Translations under genes and position numbers: made by a program
Notes under the pieces: generated by a model
The model's input: only the letters and a program-made list of their open reading frames with translations
What the model was told of the DNA's origin: nothing
Databases searched by the model: none
Shown here: in pieces, positions 10,752 through 24,487 of the stretch
Layout: each line of letters begins with the position of its first letter
Position numbering within the stretch: position 1 is the stretch's first letter
Source: Balanoglossus misakiensis
Taxonomy: Eukaryota; Animalia; Hemichordata
Direction of reading: 5' to 3'
DNA length: 64,000 nt
NCBI GenBank assembly: GCA_040954595.2
Contig: CM082597.2
Location: 8,390,343-8,454,342 of the forward strand

Positions 10752-12366
10752 CCAATATAGTGTGCTGAACATTGACAGCTATAACCATCTGCAGTGTTGG
10801 TACAGGTACCACCATTCAAACAAGGCGACATGTACTCACATATATCAATAACTGAAATAAACGATGTAAACATAAAACTATAATGATCAAATTTTGTCAA
10901 TATGTTTTTTTTTGCAAGAAACTCAACAAATAGGAAAAGAATTTGTAATCAATATATAAGTAAACCCTTCAATTTTATGCCAAATGTACCTACCTATACA
11001 GTCATCCAAAGTATTGGCACCTTCATGCGTTGTACGCAGTCCTGTTGGACACGGGTTGCATTCTCTGGAACCACTCTCATTCTGGTAATAGTGACGGGGA
11101 CAAAGTACACATGGCTCAAGACCAGTGTTGGAATATGAGCCAACTGTGCATTTTTCTGGAAGTTAAATACAAATTGAAATTTTAATATGATGGTGTATCT
11201 TGGAAATGATGAAAAAAGGCCAAAATAAAAAATATGTGCTGTTTCGATTACCCGACCTACCCTAATTATAACCTGCTGACCCTAAACTTGTTAGAGCTTT
11301 GTAAACCTGGAAGTAAACACAACGATGTTGTCAATCATACAAAATTGATGAGAATAGTGGGAATCACGCAAGAAACGTGATATCATTCTTCTACATTATG
11401 GTTTTTCTGATGTAAAATGCATATTGAGAGATAAAAAAAAGCAAAATAAAAAAAAATCCCTACCTACCCCATTTCTGAAAACCATGTAATCGGAACAGCA
11501 AATACTATTTTTTGGCCTAATAAAGAACTTGGCATCGTAGAATAATCTTCTTACCTTTGCAACTCGCTACTGCAACTGCTACCCCATGTGTTGATGTGTC
11601 AATCGGGCACAAATGACAATCAGTAGAACCATAATCTGGTTGATAAGATCCTTGCAGACATTGTGTACATGGAGCTTTACCATCATCTGAGTAATAGCCA
11701 GGTTTACACAACTCTAAAAGTTAAAAAAGATCACCATTTGACCGTAAACACCATATACTAATAAACTGCATATACTATTTAGTTTTGGATGAACATGCCA
11801 TAAAAAGATGATGTGCGATCTGTAAAATTTAAAGTATTGTCATTTCATGTAATCACTGTATTTTTTCTTCAAATCTCGTTTGTACGTGTTATCAATACCG
11901 TATGTGGAATAAAGTGCACAAGTCTGTCAGTCACAGTGCTAGCTCATGATGTATATTGTGCATTTAAAGGTATACGGTCACATATGCAAATTTAGCCGCA
12001 GTTACCATGGTAAATTGAGATCTAGCCAATCACAGATTTTCAGAGGGTGGCACACGCGAAAAAAAAAGGCCACCACCATACCAGTATGTTTTTTAGAACG
12101 CTCAAATACTCCATTTCAGCCATATATGGGCGTATGCTAATTGGAGGTGATTGTATACCTTTATTCAGAGATAATGTGGTGTTTGTAACACTAGACTATT
12201 TCTCTTACCAATACAGTCATCTAGACTCTTGCTGTGTTTATCGTGTGTACTGTAACCTGATGGACAGGTAATGCATGAGGTTTGACCAGTGGCAATTTGA
12301 TAAGATCCAACAGGACAGCTAGCACATTCATCTCCTGTATCATAAGTTCCAGCTGTACATGTCACT
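10752..12366 (-). CDS. Three GCC2/GCC3 (ephrin-receptor-like Cys-rich) exons and an EGF exon
   Basis: CTAGTYDTGDECASCPVGSYQIATGQTSCITCPSG (12209-12366); CKPGYYSDDGKAPCTQCLQGSYQ (11554-11714); CTVGSYSNTGLEPCVLCPRHYYQ (~10995-11157); PCLNGGTCTNTADGYSCQC (10752-10852). Confidence 0.85.
11217..11518. mobile_element. MITE with GGCCAAA termini (PIF/Harbinger Tourist-like); inverted copy at ~14997-15286, partial near 40030-40103
   Basis: ggccaaaataaaaaatatgtgctgtt...ttttggcc|taa with shared internal CCTACCCTAATTATAACC. Confidence 0.65.
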
Positions 12367-12402
12367 ACGGTGTAACAGATTAAAAAGACAAAGATCATAT
12401 TA

Positions 12403-12615
12403 AAGTGAAGGGGTCATCGCGTCACGTTTGTTTGTTTATAAACATTACAATTCCTGAATTCCACAAATCCCTGAAATTAGATCATACTTAGAATGAACGA
12501 AGCAGCCAACCGTAGCGTAGACGGGGCATGACAGCAACTGAAGATCCTAGTAGGTCGTGGCGACTGCAGTGAGGTTTGTGCTGGTATGGGAGGACATATT
12601 CTCATCAAGGGGGAC
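12403..12615. mobile_element. TTAA-flanked AGTGAAGGGGTC MITE; fuller copy at 33439-33663
   Basis: ttaaagtgaaggggtc..., shared internal GAAGATCCTAGTAGGTCGTGGC; the copy at 33439 ends gaccccatcact. Confidence 0.7.
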
Positions 12616-12658
12616 ACCCATGCGGCGAGGTAATGTATATTGGATAGATGAATACTTA

Positions 12659-15600
12659 CAACAATAACAGTCACTGAGAATCTTTCTAGATGGACAGCAA
12701 CATCCTGAGAACTCATCAGTCGGGGCTCCTGACAGATTCAATTCTGGACAAGCACCATTTGCCTCGATTTTGGTGAGACTGTTGAATTGACTGAACTGAG
12801 TTGTTATTGCACTCATTGTATTATCACCGCAGGTTTGGAGATCTAAACTTGTTACGTTGTCTGTCTTTGCAAGTAATTTCATGGCAACTGTTGCATTCAC
12901 CTACCGTTATGAAAAACACCAAATAGAAAGTTTGGTTTAATGGATTAAAAGGACACAATAGCTGTAACTTTTGGCTTTATTTTCAGTATTTTCCTTCTGT
13001 ATATAAAACACAGTTTCTTGTTCTACTCCAAACAGCATGTTAATATACCCAGTACTTGACTTATCATGTACAAGAAACTGCAGTAGATACACAAAACAAA
13101 CATACTGAAAATGTAGCAAAAAGATACAGCTAATAGAGCTTTTAAAGGGATTGTGTTTGATACAAGACACCGTTTATGTTATTCTACATGTGGATATATA
13201 ATGAATCAATGTTCGTCCACATAAAACTGTAAAATTTTCCAGCAGGACAGAATAATACCTGATAGGCGTCTACTATGGCCATTGTTGTATAGTCACTTTA
13301 AACTTCAACACTGTCTTCAAACGAGTTACACAGGACCGACAACAGTGGTTCAACAGACTGCACGATTCCAAGCAGACTTGACTCATAATATGAGATACAT
13401 TGGTTGGTATCACTTGGAATGGTCATCACAGAGTTGTATACACCTCCCACAGTCAGGAAATAATCCGGAACTTCCTTCTCTGTGAAAAGATCAATATGGA
13501 AGAGAATTCAACTTCAGGCAGACTAGTTGAATTGTCAATACAGTTTTTGCTTTACTCAGCTGGCGAAAAAAATCCAAATTTTGCTAATCCACTCAAATCT
13601 TGACTAATGCCATCTTCTATGCGGTAATGTAGGTATTGACTGGTTATAAAATGATCAGTTTATATAAAGGCACATATAGCAAACTGGAAAACACAAATTC
13701 CCTCGCATATCAGCAATATGCAAAGAAAATCTGAACCAACAGTAACACTGAATTAGTTGGTTATTTTGGTTCTTCAAGTTTATTATCTGCATCAGCATTC
13801 ACATATTATTTTGGGGGCTTAATGAATATTGATATGATATCAGTTCAATTTCAATTATGCAGTAATAGATCAGTAGAAGCCGATACACACCAACACAATC
13901 AGGTACGTAATTATGGGGTAGCCATGTTCCACCAATTATGCAGGTGTACATTCCTCCAGGCGAATCAATTTCTTGAATGAAATCATAACCGGCTTGACAG
14001 GACAATGTACAGGAGAATCCTGAACCCAGTGGTCCTCCAATAACACGGGTGCAAGTCTTCTGGCCACCTTCTGGTGTAAGTAGTGACCACTCTGGACATG
14101 TATCAGCTGAATAACAAAATGAGATGTTGAAAGGTGAAATGTCTCATGTCTCAAAACAATGACACATTAACTTCTAAATGCATATCAAGTAATAACCATA
14201 TCATTTTTTTTATCTTATTTATATAGTATCTGTTTAAAGCCTCTAGACCTGCAACCTTTTGCATTATTTTCATGATTTTATTTTCCAACTTAAATTGGGA
14301 AATCAAAATAAGATTACTGATAGGTACACATGAACATCTCATCAACTTGAGCTGAACACTTACGTTGAACAGAAACATCAAATTGACACTGAGCCTGGTT
14401 GCCACTGTAATCGGTTGCAGTAACAGTCACTGCGATGTAATTCCTGGTTTCAACTGCAGTTCCATTTGGTGGTTCATATATGACGTCACTGATTCCGTGG
14501 TTGTCTACAACAGAGACTCCTGGATATGACACATTGTGTACCACTTCATCAACAAGAATTACGTACGTGTCCGGACAGTCTAAAGTTGGTGGCATGGTAT
14601 CTGCAATCCAATAAATATTTCAAAAGATATGAGACTGTAATCTGCTTGGTTTGTAACCACAATACTTGCCAGCCATTAAAGCGACATAGTAATCTTGAAT
14701 TCAGCTGGGAGAAGAACTGTTCTGTAGGTGGCTCCATGACAACCCCAATTGCTAAACCACTTAAACATCGTCCTTTTTCCCAGTGATGTCGACAACCACT
14801 CCAATGATGGACCATTAAGCTTTGTGATTTCCACAAATGAAAGCAGGCAGACAATGCATGAAATCAAATCAAATCAAATCAAATCAGAATGAAACAAAAT
14901 CAGAATCAAATTAGAATAAAACACAAACAAACATTAAAATCCAATTCCAACATTGGTGATTTCATTCAAGAACTCAATCTGGCGGATAAATTGCTAAGGG
15001 CAAATAAAAAAATATGTGCTGTTCTGATTACATGGTTTTCAAAAATAGGGTAGGTAGGTAGGGAATGTTTTTTATGTTGCATTTTTCTTTTAAATCCTCG
15101 GCCCCTGTAGTGTAGAAGAATAACGTCATAATTCTTACGTGATTCTTGCAATTTTCATAAATTTTGTATATTTGACAATGTTTTTTATACTTCCGGTTTA
15201 GGAAGCTCTAAAAAGTTTAGGGTCGGCGGGTTATAATTAGGGTAGGTCGGGTAATTGGAACAGCACATATTTTTTCATTTTGACCTAATGAACATACCAA
15301 TACAAACAGGTGCAGTCCCATTCCATTGAGCATTAGTAAGATATGATGACTGTTCAGATACATCCCTTCTTTTCCTCACAACTTCCACTGCGGCTGCTGT
15401 TAAAATAAAAAAAATTTTCTGTAAGTAATACTTAATTCATGCTTGTAACACACCGCTCATAGCATGCATTTACCTGATGACCGTGCCTGTTTATGAAATA
15501 CACATTACAGAGTCACGAATTTAGTCGATAATAGAAGAAAACTGCTGACTCAGCATTTTTCACCAATGGTTTGTCTATGGGCAAATTTTTTTTTAATGTA

Positions 15601-16843
15601 ATTTATCTCAAAATAGAGCAAGGTGAACCTTATATTTTAAGTGACCAATGAATTTATATTTACTGGACTGAGCTATGTAGAAAATTTCGTGACAATGACA
15701 ATAGAAGAAGTTTGTTTTCTAGCAATTATCAATGTAATCCTATGGGAAAAAGACGGGTGCGTGCAGTTTTCCGGTTTATGTTTTGCGCGTACATCCTTAA
15801 AAGAAAAGAAGAGATATAAGCGCCACTTTAGTGTGAATAAAATAATGATTTTATACATACTGCATCTGACAAGAGCTCATATCCTTCAGGACAACAGAAT
15901 GTTGCATCATCTTCTTGAATTGGGTTTGCAGAAGATGATAGTTCTGGACAATTGTCTGAACTGTCAATGGCAACCAAAACTGGAAATACACTTGGATGGT
16001 TGGTCAGATAGAAGATTAGTTGAAGACCACATCTTGACAATTCTGCATTGTCGTATCTAGGGCTCAATGGGTCTATGGGTTCGATCAGTAAGTTCAGCCC
16101 CACATCCATTAAAAGCTGCAGGTAAGACGAAAATACAGTCATAAGCATTTGTTTTAAAAGATGTTATGTTTAATATGCTTTATTATTATGCATCTGGCAC
16201 CAAGAACAATAGAATTTAGCGTGTACTAAAAAGCCGTACGGAACGCGTGTTAAATACGCCTTAAGTTTCAAGGCGCCCCAACTCACCGTGTACAGGTATG
16301 TACTGTTATGTGGACGGTTTCAAGACCACCCCACTCCAACGCACGTAAACAAAAAAGAAAGATGACTGCTCGCTGTTTCAGCTGAGCAGTTTACGATCGA
16401 TGGTATCGACAAAATTGAACATCGCATGGTTGTCACACTTGCATGAAAATATTCTCGCAATATGCTTTTTTCTTTGCATTTGCAATCTGAAGAGCAAGTG
16501 AGATAAAATGCTATGAACTGAACAATTTGTTGAGTGTAATATTCTAGACTCCAGAAAGAGTCTACAAGATTTTCTGCAAGACTGAAAGAGACAGTTAGAG
16601 TACCCACCGAATTATCCGATAGCGAGGTGAGACTTATGGATAATGCGATATTGATTGTAACCAGACCAGCAAGTGGAACACATGCTCCTGATGGATCTTG
16701 AGACAGGAGTTGAGTTAAACCATTAACAAGTTGTGTTGTTATTTCTGTACCATAGTAGTTGCCACAGGATTGCTGGTCTGTGATTTCGCCACTACCATTA
16801 TATGACACACTAAGCTGTGCACAGTAGTCAGGAACGTCACGGT
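12659..16843 (-). CDS. HYR exon (14363-14599), Sushi-like exons (~13890-14106, ~15298-15398) and Cys-rich spacer exons (12659-12900, 13260-13480, 15860-16116, ~16500-16842)
   Basis: HYR: PPTLDCP...VVDN...PPNGT...VTVTATDYSGNQAQCQFDVSV. Sushi-like: SCQAGYDF...YTC..GTWLP...PDC. Confidence 0.75.
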
Positions 16844-16968
16844 CTGCAAAGTAATTATCGAATAATTATAAATCCAATTTTCTTCAGGCCAATTTGTTCA
16901 AAGCATAAATGGGTTCAATTCTTTGGGCTTTATTCAGATTTCAAATTTAACCGTATTACTTCATGGTG

Positions 16969-17355
16969 CAGAGGTCGCAGTAAAAATTTTTTTGAGTGCG
17001 TCTTTTTGACGCATTCATAAAAAAAATGTGTCAAACTCCTTTCAGCCTGGTCCTAGACATGTCTAGTTCAATATCCAATAAACAAAATTAGCAACATTTT
17101 GAGTACAAAAGGTTGGGCGCACTAGTGGTTGTTACATTTTGAGTACAAAGTTTGCGCGCACAAGTGATTATTTTGATCCCAGGGGGATATGATAGTCAGC
17201 GGTATGCGGTATCACGCGTATGGTTTCAGTTGACCATTGTGCATATAGAGCGGCCGTTCCTATGCGTCAATATTGACGCACTGATTAAGATATCTGCGTC
17301 AAGTGAGGATTTTTTGCGTCAAATACGCATACTTTTTGCGTAAACGCAACCTCTG
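16969..17355. mobile_element. Non-autonomous DNA element with CAGAGG termini and 6-bp direct flanks ATGGTG
   Basis: atggtg|cagaggtcgc ... gcaacctctg|atggtg; internal TGACGCA/TGCGTCA motifs. Confidence 0.6.
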
Positions 17356-17641
17356 ATGGTGTGTATTAAAGATACAAGAAAAAAAATTCACTTTTTGAAA
17401 TAAACAATTCTCTGTTAATTATCAAGTTCTGTTAATTATCGAGAATCCCCTAAAAGTATATATTTTCTGAAAGAAAATATAGAAGAACATTTTGGTGTGA
17501 CAATTGTTTACACAACTATCATGTGACAAGCAATTTAAATTAACTTCCAAAAACAAGTTTTCTGGATGTTTTGTTTTAACACTTTGAGACATCACTCAAA
17601 TACAACACGTTATCAACCAAACTAAGGGTAATATCTCTTAC

Positions 17642-18866
17642 CTGGTAGTTGAGTTGGAGTTGGTAGAGTCGTAAGACCACCCGTTGTGGCTTTCAGAGTT
17701 GTTGCTGGTTTCGTAGTTGGTTTAGTACTAACATCATGATATACTGTATAAATGAAATTGAATGAATATTTTATATTACACACTGGACATGGGTGTCTAT
17801 ATGATAAGAGTGGAAGAGTTATTTGACCAACTATATACAGATCAATTGCACTGAGCATTGTTATTGCCTCATTTGTGACATAGAGTCTGATTCAAACAAC
17901 GATGATGATGGTAACTAACAATGTATAACTGTTTAACTGTTTACATTGCAGGTATTATGAATTTTTTTTTTCAATTGAAATTTTCACTGTACCCGTACAT
18001 GAAGTTTCTATCAATAAAGCCAAATTTTCTATGTTTTATTATTCATAGTTTACTTTATCATAATAGGAAGTAAACCTACATTTCTTTGAAAAAAAAGTGA
18101 GGAGTGAATATGTTTTCTCCTTTCTCCCACCCCTCACCCCCTAAAAATAATGGTGTCATCCAGGAGCTAGAGTCGTGTCAACTAAGTAAACAAGATCCAT
18201 CCTTACTTTGGAGCTCATAATGCTGAAAAGTGTAGAAATTGGTATACATTCACCTTTTGATGTTAACAGATCTGTCGGTGCCTCAGTTGTATGTTTTCTT
18301 GTTGTTCTTCTTTGGGAAGTGGCAGTATCATCAGTTATCATTTGTGTTTGCCATTCTGTGGTGCCTTCTACCGTTTGCCAATATTCTGTGGTGCCGTCCA
18401 TTTTATTTGTTGTCAAAAGTGTCTCTGGTGTGGTGGCGTCCATTTTGTTTGTTGTCAACAATTTCTCTGGTGTTGTCCATGACTCTGTTGGCATCACATC
18501 ACTTGCATCGTCATACTCTGAAGTCTGGTCTGCAGGAGTAATATCCACAGATTCTGCTGTTGACATCATTTCTGTTTTTGAGATCGGAGCAGATGTTGTC
18601 TTGTATGTACCCTCACCTTCTGTGCTTGACTGCTGATCAGGCTTTTCAGAACTTGCCTCTACTGTTGTCACGACAACAGGCATGGTTACTGTAACCATAG
18701 TAACTGTTGTGGTTGACTTGCTTTTTCCAGTTGTCACAGCCGGTATATTGTCAATGTCCAACACAATTGTCATTCTGGGCGAAGTTATGGCATATCCATC
18801 AGTTGAGATGCTTTTTTCTGTGCCTTCGGTGTAGGGACTAGTTAAATATTCCAGCGTTGTTTCATC
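17642..18866 (-). CDS. Thr/Ser-rich mucin-like exons (18253-18866, 17642-17735)
   Basis: TTPEKLLTTNKMDATTPETLL..., STKPTTKPATT...; splice-bounded. Confidence 0.75.
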
Positions 18867-19411
18867 TGTTGATAAAAATGAACATTACAATTTGAATAAT
18901 CTAGAACAAGGAAATCTAATGTTATATTGTTCTCCACTAACATGAACAGTATTGAATCAATATTCCTGGCAGGAGACAATTTCAAGGTATTCTCATCCCG
19001 GTGTGTGATTCAAATGATATTGTGTTATTATTCTATTGCTTTCTTTAATACAATTGTTTATGAGGGTGTTGAGATTTCTTATTCAAAATACAGTAAAATA
19101 GGAAATTTTCGCGAACGATAAATTTACTGGTGAAAAAAAAAGTCGCTTAGGTTTTCAGAGATAACGATGCAGTGAAATACCAGAACGTGAAAATTAATCG
19201 CCACGTAACAGTTGCCACATTTGATATCATGAACATTTCCTCTTGCGAAAATTTTGCTTAAAAGTGTACCAGATATTGGTGTGCAAAACACAATATCAGA
19301 TATCACAACTAATTTAACAAATTCAGCTATACTCCATTGAAATCATCAGCAACATTGACCTATGTTATACAGTAAACTAATTACATATTGTATAAAATGA
19401 AACCATCTTAC

Positions 19412-20901
19412 CTTCAAGCGTACTCTCAATTGTTGTAACTATTCCAAAGTCTGGAAGTGTAGTAACTTCAAGCTCATCATCCTCACAATGTCGAAATTGC
19501 TTGGAGGTGTCAATAATCGCACCAAAATCAAACTCTCTAACCCTGTAGTTAATTTTACCAGACACCGAATAGACCTTGACATTGAGAGGGGCTTGTATAT
19601 CACCAGAACCAATGGGTGGTTCAAATTAGTCTGTCTAGAGTAATCCAGGGACCAGTTGTGTGGACTTCCACAGTGGTGACAGGGTAACGATGATCCAATA
19701 TTAATAAGCTGAATGATGCAGAAATGCTCTCTGCAAACTAAATAAACAAATCAATCAATCAATATGCAGTACACTAAAAAGATGAACGATACAGTCCCTG
19801 GTTGGTCCTAATACTTTGAAATTTAGAGCAAGACTTACTGTAAAATGGGTTATTTTCGCGAGCATAAATTTTCGCAAAATACGCAAGATCCAAAAAAGAC
19901 AGATTTAACGATGCAGTTAGTGAAATACATGAACGCCAAAATTAATCCTCGCGTAACAGTTGCCTCTTTTGATATTGCGAAAATTTCCTGGCGTGAAAAT
20001 TTCCCGTTTTACAGTATTTGCAACAAATCATTGTCAATGACCTAGTCCCCACTGGATCTTCCCTTGTCCAAATCAGTTGAGACTGGTTTGATTTCCAGGA
20101 GATCTAAACTTCCAGTAAAGAAACAGATGAACACTCTTGACAATTTAAACTTCAATCTTACAAATACTTAAAAAAAATGGCTAGGGAGGTTTCAAACAAG
20201 TTTGCCAAGATGTGACAATTAAAGACAAGGGTATATAAATTAGTTAATAATTGTTTTGTTTCACAAACCTTGAATTTGATGGAGACATCTTCAGGACAGG
20301 CAACAACTGAGTAGGATACAAGAAGAGATGAAGGACTTTCACCATCTGACAAGATGTTGTAAGCATCCTCACTTAGAACCAGACCATCTTCATCAATCAT
20401 GCAGTACGGGTACATGCACATGTCTGTTACCCGGACAACTACAGACACATCATTTGAACCAATCACGTTCAGGCATTGCCCACAAACCTGCAATCACAGA
20501 AACCAAAATCTCCTCCTTTAGACAACACTGGAAGTACTAAAGCCAGCAGGGTTTCTTCAAATACAAAGCGATTATATCAATCTTAGCTGAGAAAATAAAA
20601 AAAACAGCGCAACACACAAAAACGAACAAGATGAAATAAAATTATTCATAACAAAAATTGTTACAAATCACAATGACTCGAAATGACAGACCATCCGGTC
20701 AGTATTGACATCACAGCCAATCATGTACATAGTCTTTCAAGAACTAACGTTATCTATACTTACATGTGAATCTTGAAAATTGGCCATACCAGCAACCATA
20801 CTTGTGTAGAATGTTCCAAATGAACAGGTACCATCAGTTGGTGTCTCACTGTACTTCTCACAAGTTGCATTTAGTCTCAAAGGTACCACAATCTTTACTG
20901 A
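19412..20901 (-). pseudogene. Expansin-like module copy 2 (DPBB exons 20764-20901 and 20270-20487; CBM63-like exon 19412-19737)
   Basis: GTCSFG...AGMANFQDSH|VCGQCLNV...VVVRVTDMC...LVLSEDAYNIL...VSYSVVAC; FSLLILDHRYPVTTVEV...WITLDR...PLNVKV...GAIIDTSKQF. Carries 5-bp and 11-bp deletions relative to copy 1. Confidence 0.75.
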
Positions 20902-21241
20902 CTGCAAAAACAACAACACCAGTATTAAGATAAATTATTTAATATTCAATCAATATGTAATCTTGGGTTCAATCAAAATCACACAACCATAAAACTTAAT
21001 TTATGCACAAAAATTGATGGTTTCATGTTATATGTCATAAACGATACTGATTTTTGAAAAACAGGTGCATTTTTCTTCACCTCCATGACTTGTATACTTC
21101 TGCTGAATTTCAGCCAAATAGTGTGCATTTGGACAGTTGCTGGCAATTGCAACCAACGTGTACAATACCTTTTTCTTTGTGGCAACCATTAGCTGCCCAA
21201 GATGAGTTTACATGCGTAGTTGTTACAAGTAGTATAATTAC

Positions 21242-22190
21242 CTGTTGTTACATCATGAGAAGGTGTCACTGGTTTTGTTGTTGATATTTTAGTTTTTGAA
21301 AGTGGTTCTGAATATTTTGATTGAAATTCAGTGTGTTCGGTGGTCAGTTCTTTGACACTAGTTGTAGGCAGGGATGTACTTGTTTTGGATTCTGTTGACC
21401 TGATTTCATATTCTGTTGTCAAAGACTTTGTAACATCAGGTGTGACTGGCTCAGCTGTTGTAGGGTTAGGCTTGATGTCAGTTGTTTCTCTTTGAGCACT
21501 TGTTACATCTGTTGCAGTTGGGCCTATATCTGTTCTCTCTGTGGTTGTGTCTTCTTCATCTTCAACTGTTGAAAGTATGGTTGGATTGACACTTGCAGAC
21601 TCTGTTGTTGATATTTTAGTTGAAAGTGGTTCTGAAGATTTCGATTGAAATTCAGTGCGTTTGGTGGTCAGTTCTTGGACACTAGTTGTAGGCAGGGATG
21701 TACTTGTATCTACATCTGTTACTATTCTTGTTTTGGATTCTGTTGACCTGATTTCATACTCTGTAACATCAGGCGTGACTTCAGGCTCGACTGTTGTTGG
21801 GTTAGGCTTGATATCAGTAGTTGCTCTTTGAGCACTTGTTACATCTGTTGCAGTTGGGCCTATATCAGTTCTTGTTGCTGTTTCTGTGGTGTCTTCTTCA
21901 TCTTCCATCGTTGAAAGTATTGTAGGATTGACGCTTGTTGTTAACAGAGTTGCAGTTGTGAAAGTCTCGGATATTGCTGAGCTGAATTCATCCTGATCTG
22001 TGACTATAACATGGGTGGTCGAGTGGAGACCAGTTGTGACCTCTTCAGATGAAACTGTTGTACCACTTGTCACTTCAGTTCTTGTAGACCGACTGGTGAA
22101 GGAATCAGTCTCGGGCCCCCGTGTTGTAATGTACACAGGCAATGTTGTTGGACCCTCCTGAGTAGATTGCATCTCATCTGTTTTGGCAGA
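21242..22190 (-). CDS. Large mucin-like Thr-rich exon with internal repeats
   Basis: Repeated SVNPTILST.EDEEDTT...TDIGPTATDVTSAQR..TDIKPNPTT; donor next to 21242. Confidence 0.8.
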
Positions 22191-22252
22191 AAGGAAACAT
22201 GAAGAATAAGCGCTTCTGATTTCTGACATAAAATGTTCACTACTTGTATATA

Positions 22253-22305
22253 ACATACATACATACATACATACATACATACATACATACATACATACAT
22301 ACATA
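22253..22305 (+). repeat. (TACA)n microsatellite
   Basis: About 13 perfect units. Confidence 0.95.
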
Positions 22306-22625
22306 CTGTAAAACGGGTTACATTCGCGAGCGATACATTTTTTGCGAAATATGCGATAGCCAAAATACATGAAAATAAAAAGTCACGTAAATGTTTTTCG
22401 GAGAGAGCTATCCAGTAAAAATAAGAGAACGCGGAAATTAATCCTTGCATAATAACAGTTGCCTCCTTTGATATCGCGAAAAATTTCTCGTCACCAAAAT
22501 AACCCATTTTACAGTACATACAGACAGACAGACAGACTAAACTGATCCCATAAGGTTCCATGGTATAACATATACTGGTATATACCAAATGGGAGCTAAA
22601 CTATGACGCTGAAACACAATCTTAC

Positions 22626-23976
22626 CTTCAAGCGTACTCTCAATTGTTGTAACTATGTCTGGAAGTGAAGTAACTTCAAGCTCCTCATCCTCACAATGTT
22701 GAAATTGCTTGGAGGTGTCAATAATCCCACCAAACTCAAACTCTCTTAAGCCCTGTAGTTAATTTTACCAGACACCGAATAGACCTTGACATTGAGAGGG
22801 GCTTGTATATCACCAGAACCAGTGGGTGGTTCAAATAAGTTATCACTGAGTCTGTCTAGAGTAATCCGGGGACCAGTTGTGTGGACTTCCACAGTGGTGA
22901 CAGGGTAATGATGATCCAATATTAATAAGCTGAATGATGCAGAAATGCTCTCTGCAAACTAAATAAAAAAAATCCGTCAATCAATATGTGGTTCATGTAC
23001 ATTCAAAAAATGAATGACATAGTCCGTGGTCGGTTAGAATATTTTGAAATTAGAGCAAGACTTTTTTGCAACAAATCATTGTCAGTGACATAGTCCCCAC
23101 TGGATCTTCCCTTGTCCAAATCAGATGAGACTGGTTTGATTTCCGGGGGATCGAAACTTCCAAAACATCAATCTTATAAATATTGTTAAAAACATGGCTA
23201 GTGAGGTTTCAAATATTTTTGCCATGATGTCACAATTAAAGGGAATGATTACTTTTAAGTAGCAATTAAAGAAAAGGGTATCTAAAATAGTTAATAATTG
23301 TGTTGTTTCACAAACCTTGAACTTGATAGAGACATCATAAGGACAGGCAACAACTGAGTAGGATACAAGAATAGATGAAGGACTTTCACCATCTGACAAG
23401 ATGTTGTAAGCATCTTCACTTAGAACCAGACCATCTTCATCAATCATGCAGTACGGGTACATGCACATGTCTGTTACCCGGACAACTACAGATACATCAT
23501 TTGAACCAATCACATTCAGGCATTGCCCGCAAACCTGCAATCACACAATCATGTAGCTGTCAAAATGCATAATTATATTTCAACAAACCAACTAACTCCT
23601 TCTTTAGACAACACTGCAGGTTTTGGTTTAAGTGCTTAATCAAATTAAGCTGAGGAAATTTGAAAGAAAAACAGTGCAACACACAAACTTAGACAAACAC
23701 GATGAAATAAAATTATTCATAACAAAAGTTGTTACAAATCACAATGACTCGAAATGAGAGAATATCTGGTCAGTATTGACATCACAGCCAATCATGTACA
23801 AGGACTTTCAGAACTAACGTTATCTATACTTACATGTGAATCTTGAAAATTGGCCATACCAGCAACCATACTTGTATAGAATGTTCCAAATGAACAGGTA
23901 CCATCAGTTGGTGTGTCACTGTACTTCTCACAAGTTGCGTTTACAAAAGTCTCAAAGGTTCCACAATCTCTACTGA
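22626..23976 (-). pseudogene. Expansin-like module copy 1 (DPBB exons 23834-23976 and 23317-23534; CBM63-like exon 22626-22958)
   Basis: SRDCGTFETFVNATCEKYSDTPTDGTCSFG...; TLDRLSDNLFEPPTGSGDIQAPLNVKVYSVSGKINYRA*, with a 2-bp insertion near 22747 relative to copy 2. Confidence 0.75.
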
Positions 23977-24487
23977 CTGCAAAAACAACAACACAAGCAA
24001 GATATTCTTTGCTGCAAGAAGAGTTAATTAACATCCTAAAATGGGTTTGTGTTGTACATTTTCTAATCTGGTGAAATGTGTTTGTGTGTAAGCTTTTATC
24101 ATTTATTTACATATGGGACCTTGTACAGTGGTGATATCATCTACAATTGATCAATTGATGATGTACAGCAGAGAAATTTCCTGATTTGCGCTACTTTCTG
24201 ATAAGGAAACACATATTTACTGGCCATGTTCGGATAACAGCATACATTTGTGTGCCCTCGGGACTGCAAATTACCCCCAAAACAATCTGTTTCCATCGGC
24301 CTTCAGCCTCTAGAAACAGACTGTTCTGGGTTGACTCACAGTCCATATTGCCACTGTAAACATTACATATGCCGGTATACGGTATTGAGTATTTGCCATT
24401 TCTCTGCCACAAAATATATTCCTTTCTTAAATTGTGGCAATAAAAGGACAAATACTGATATGAATATGAATTATACGAGTACACAGT

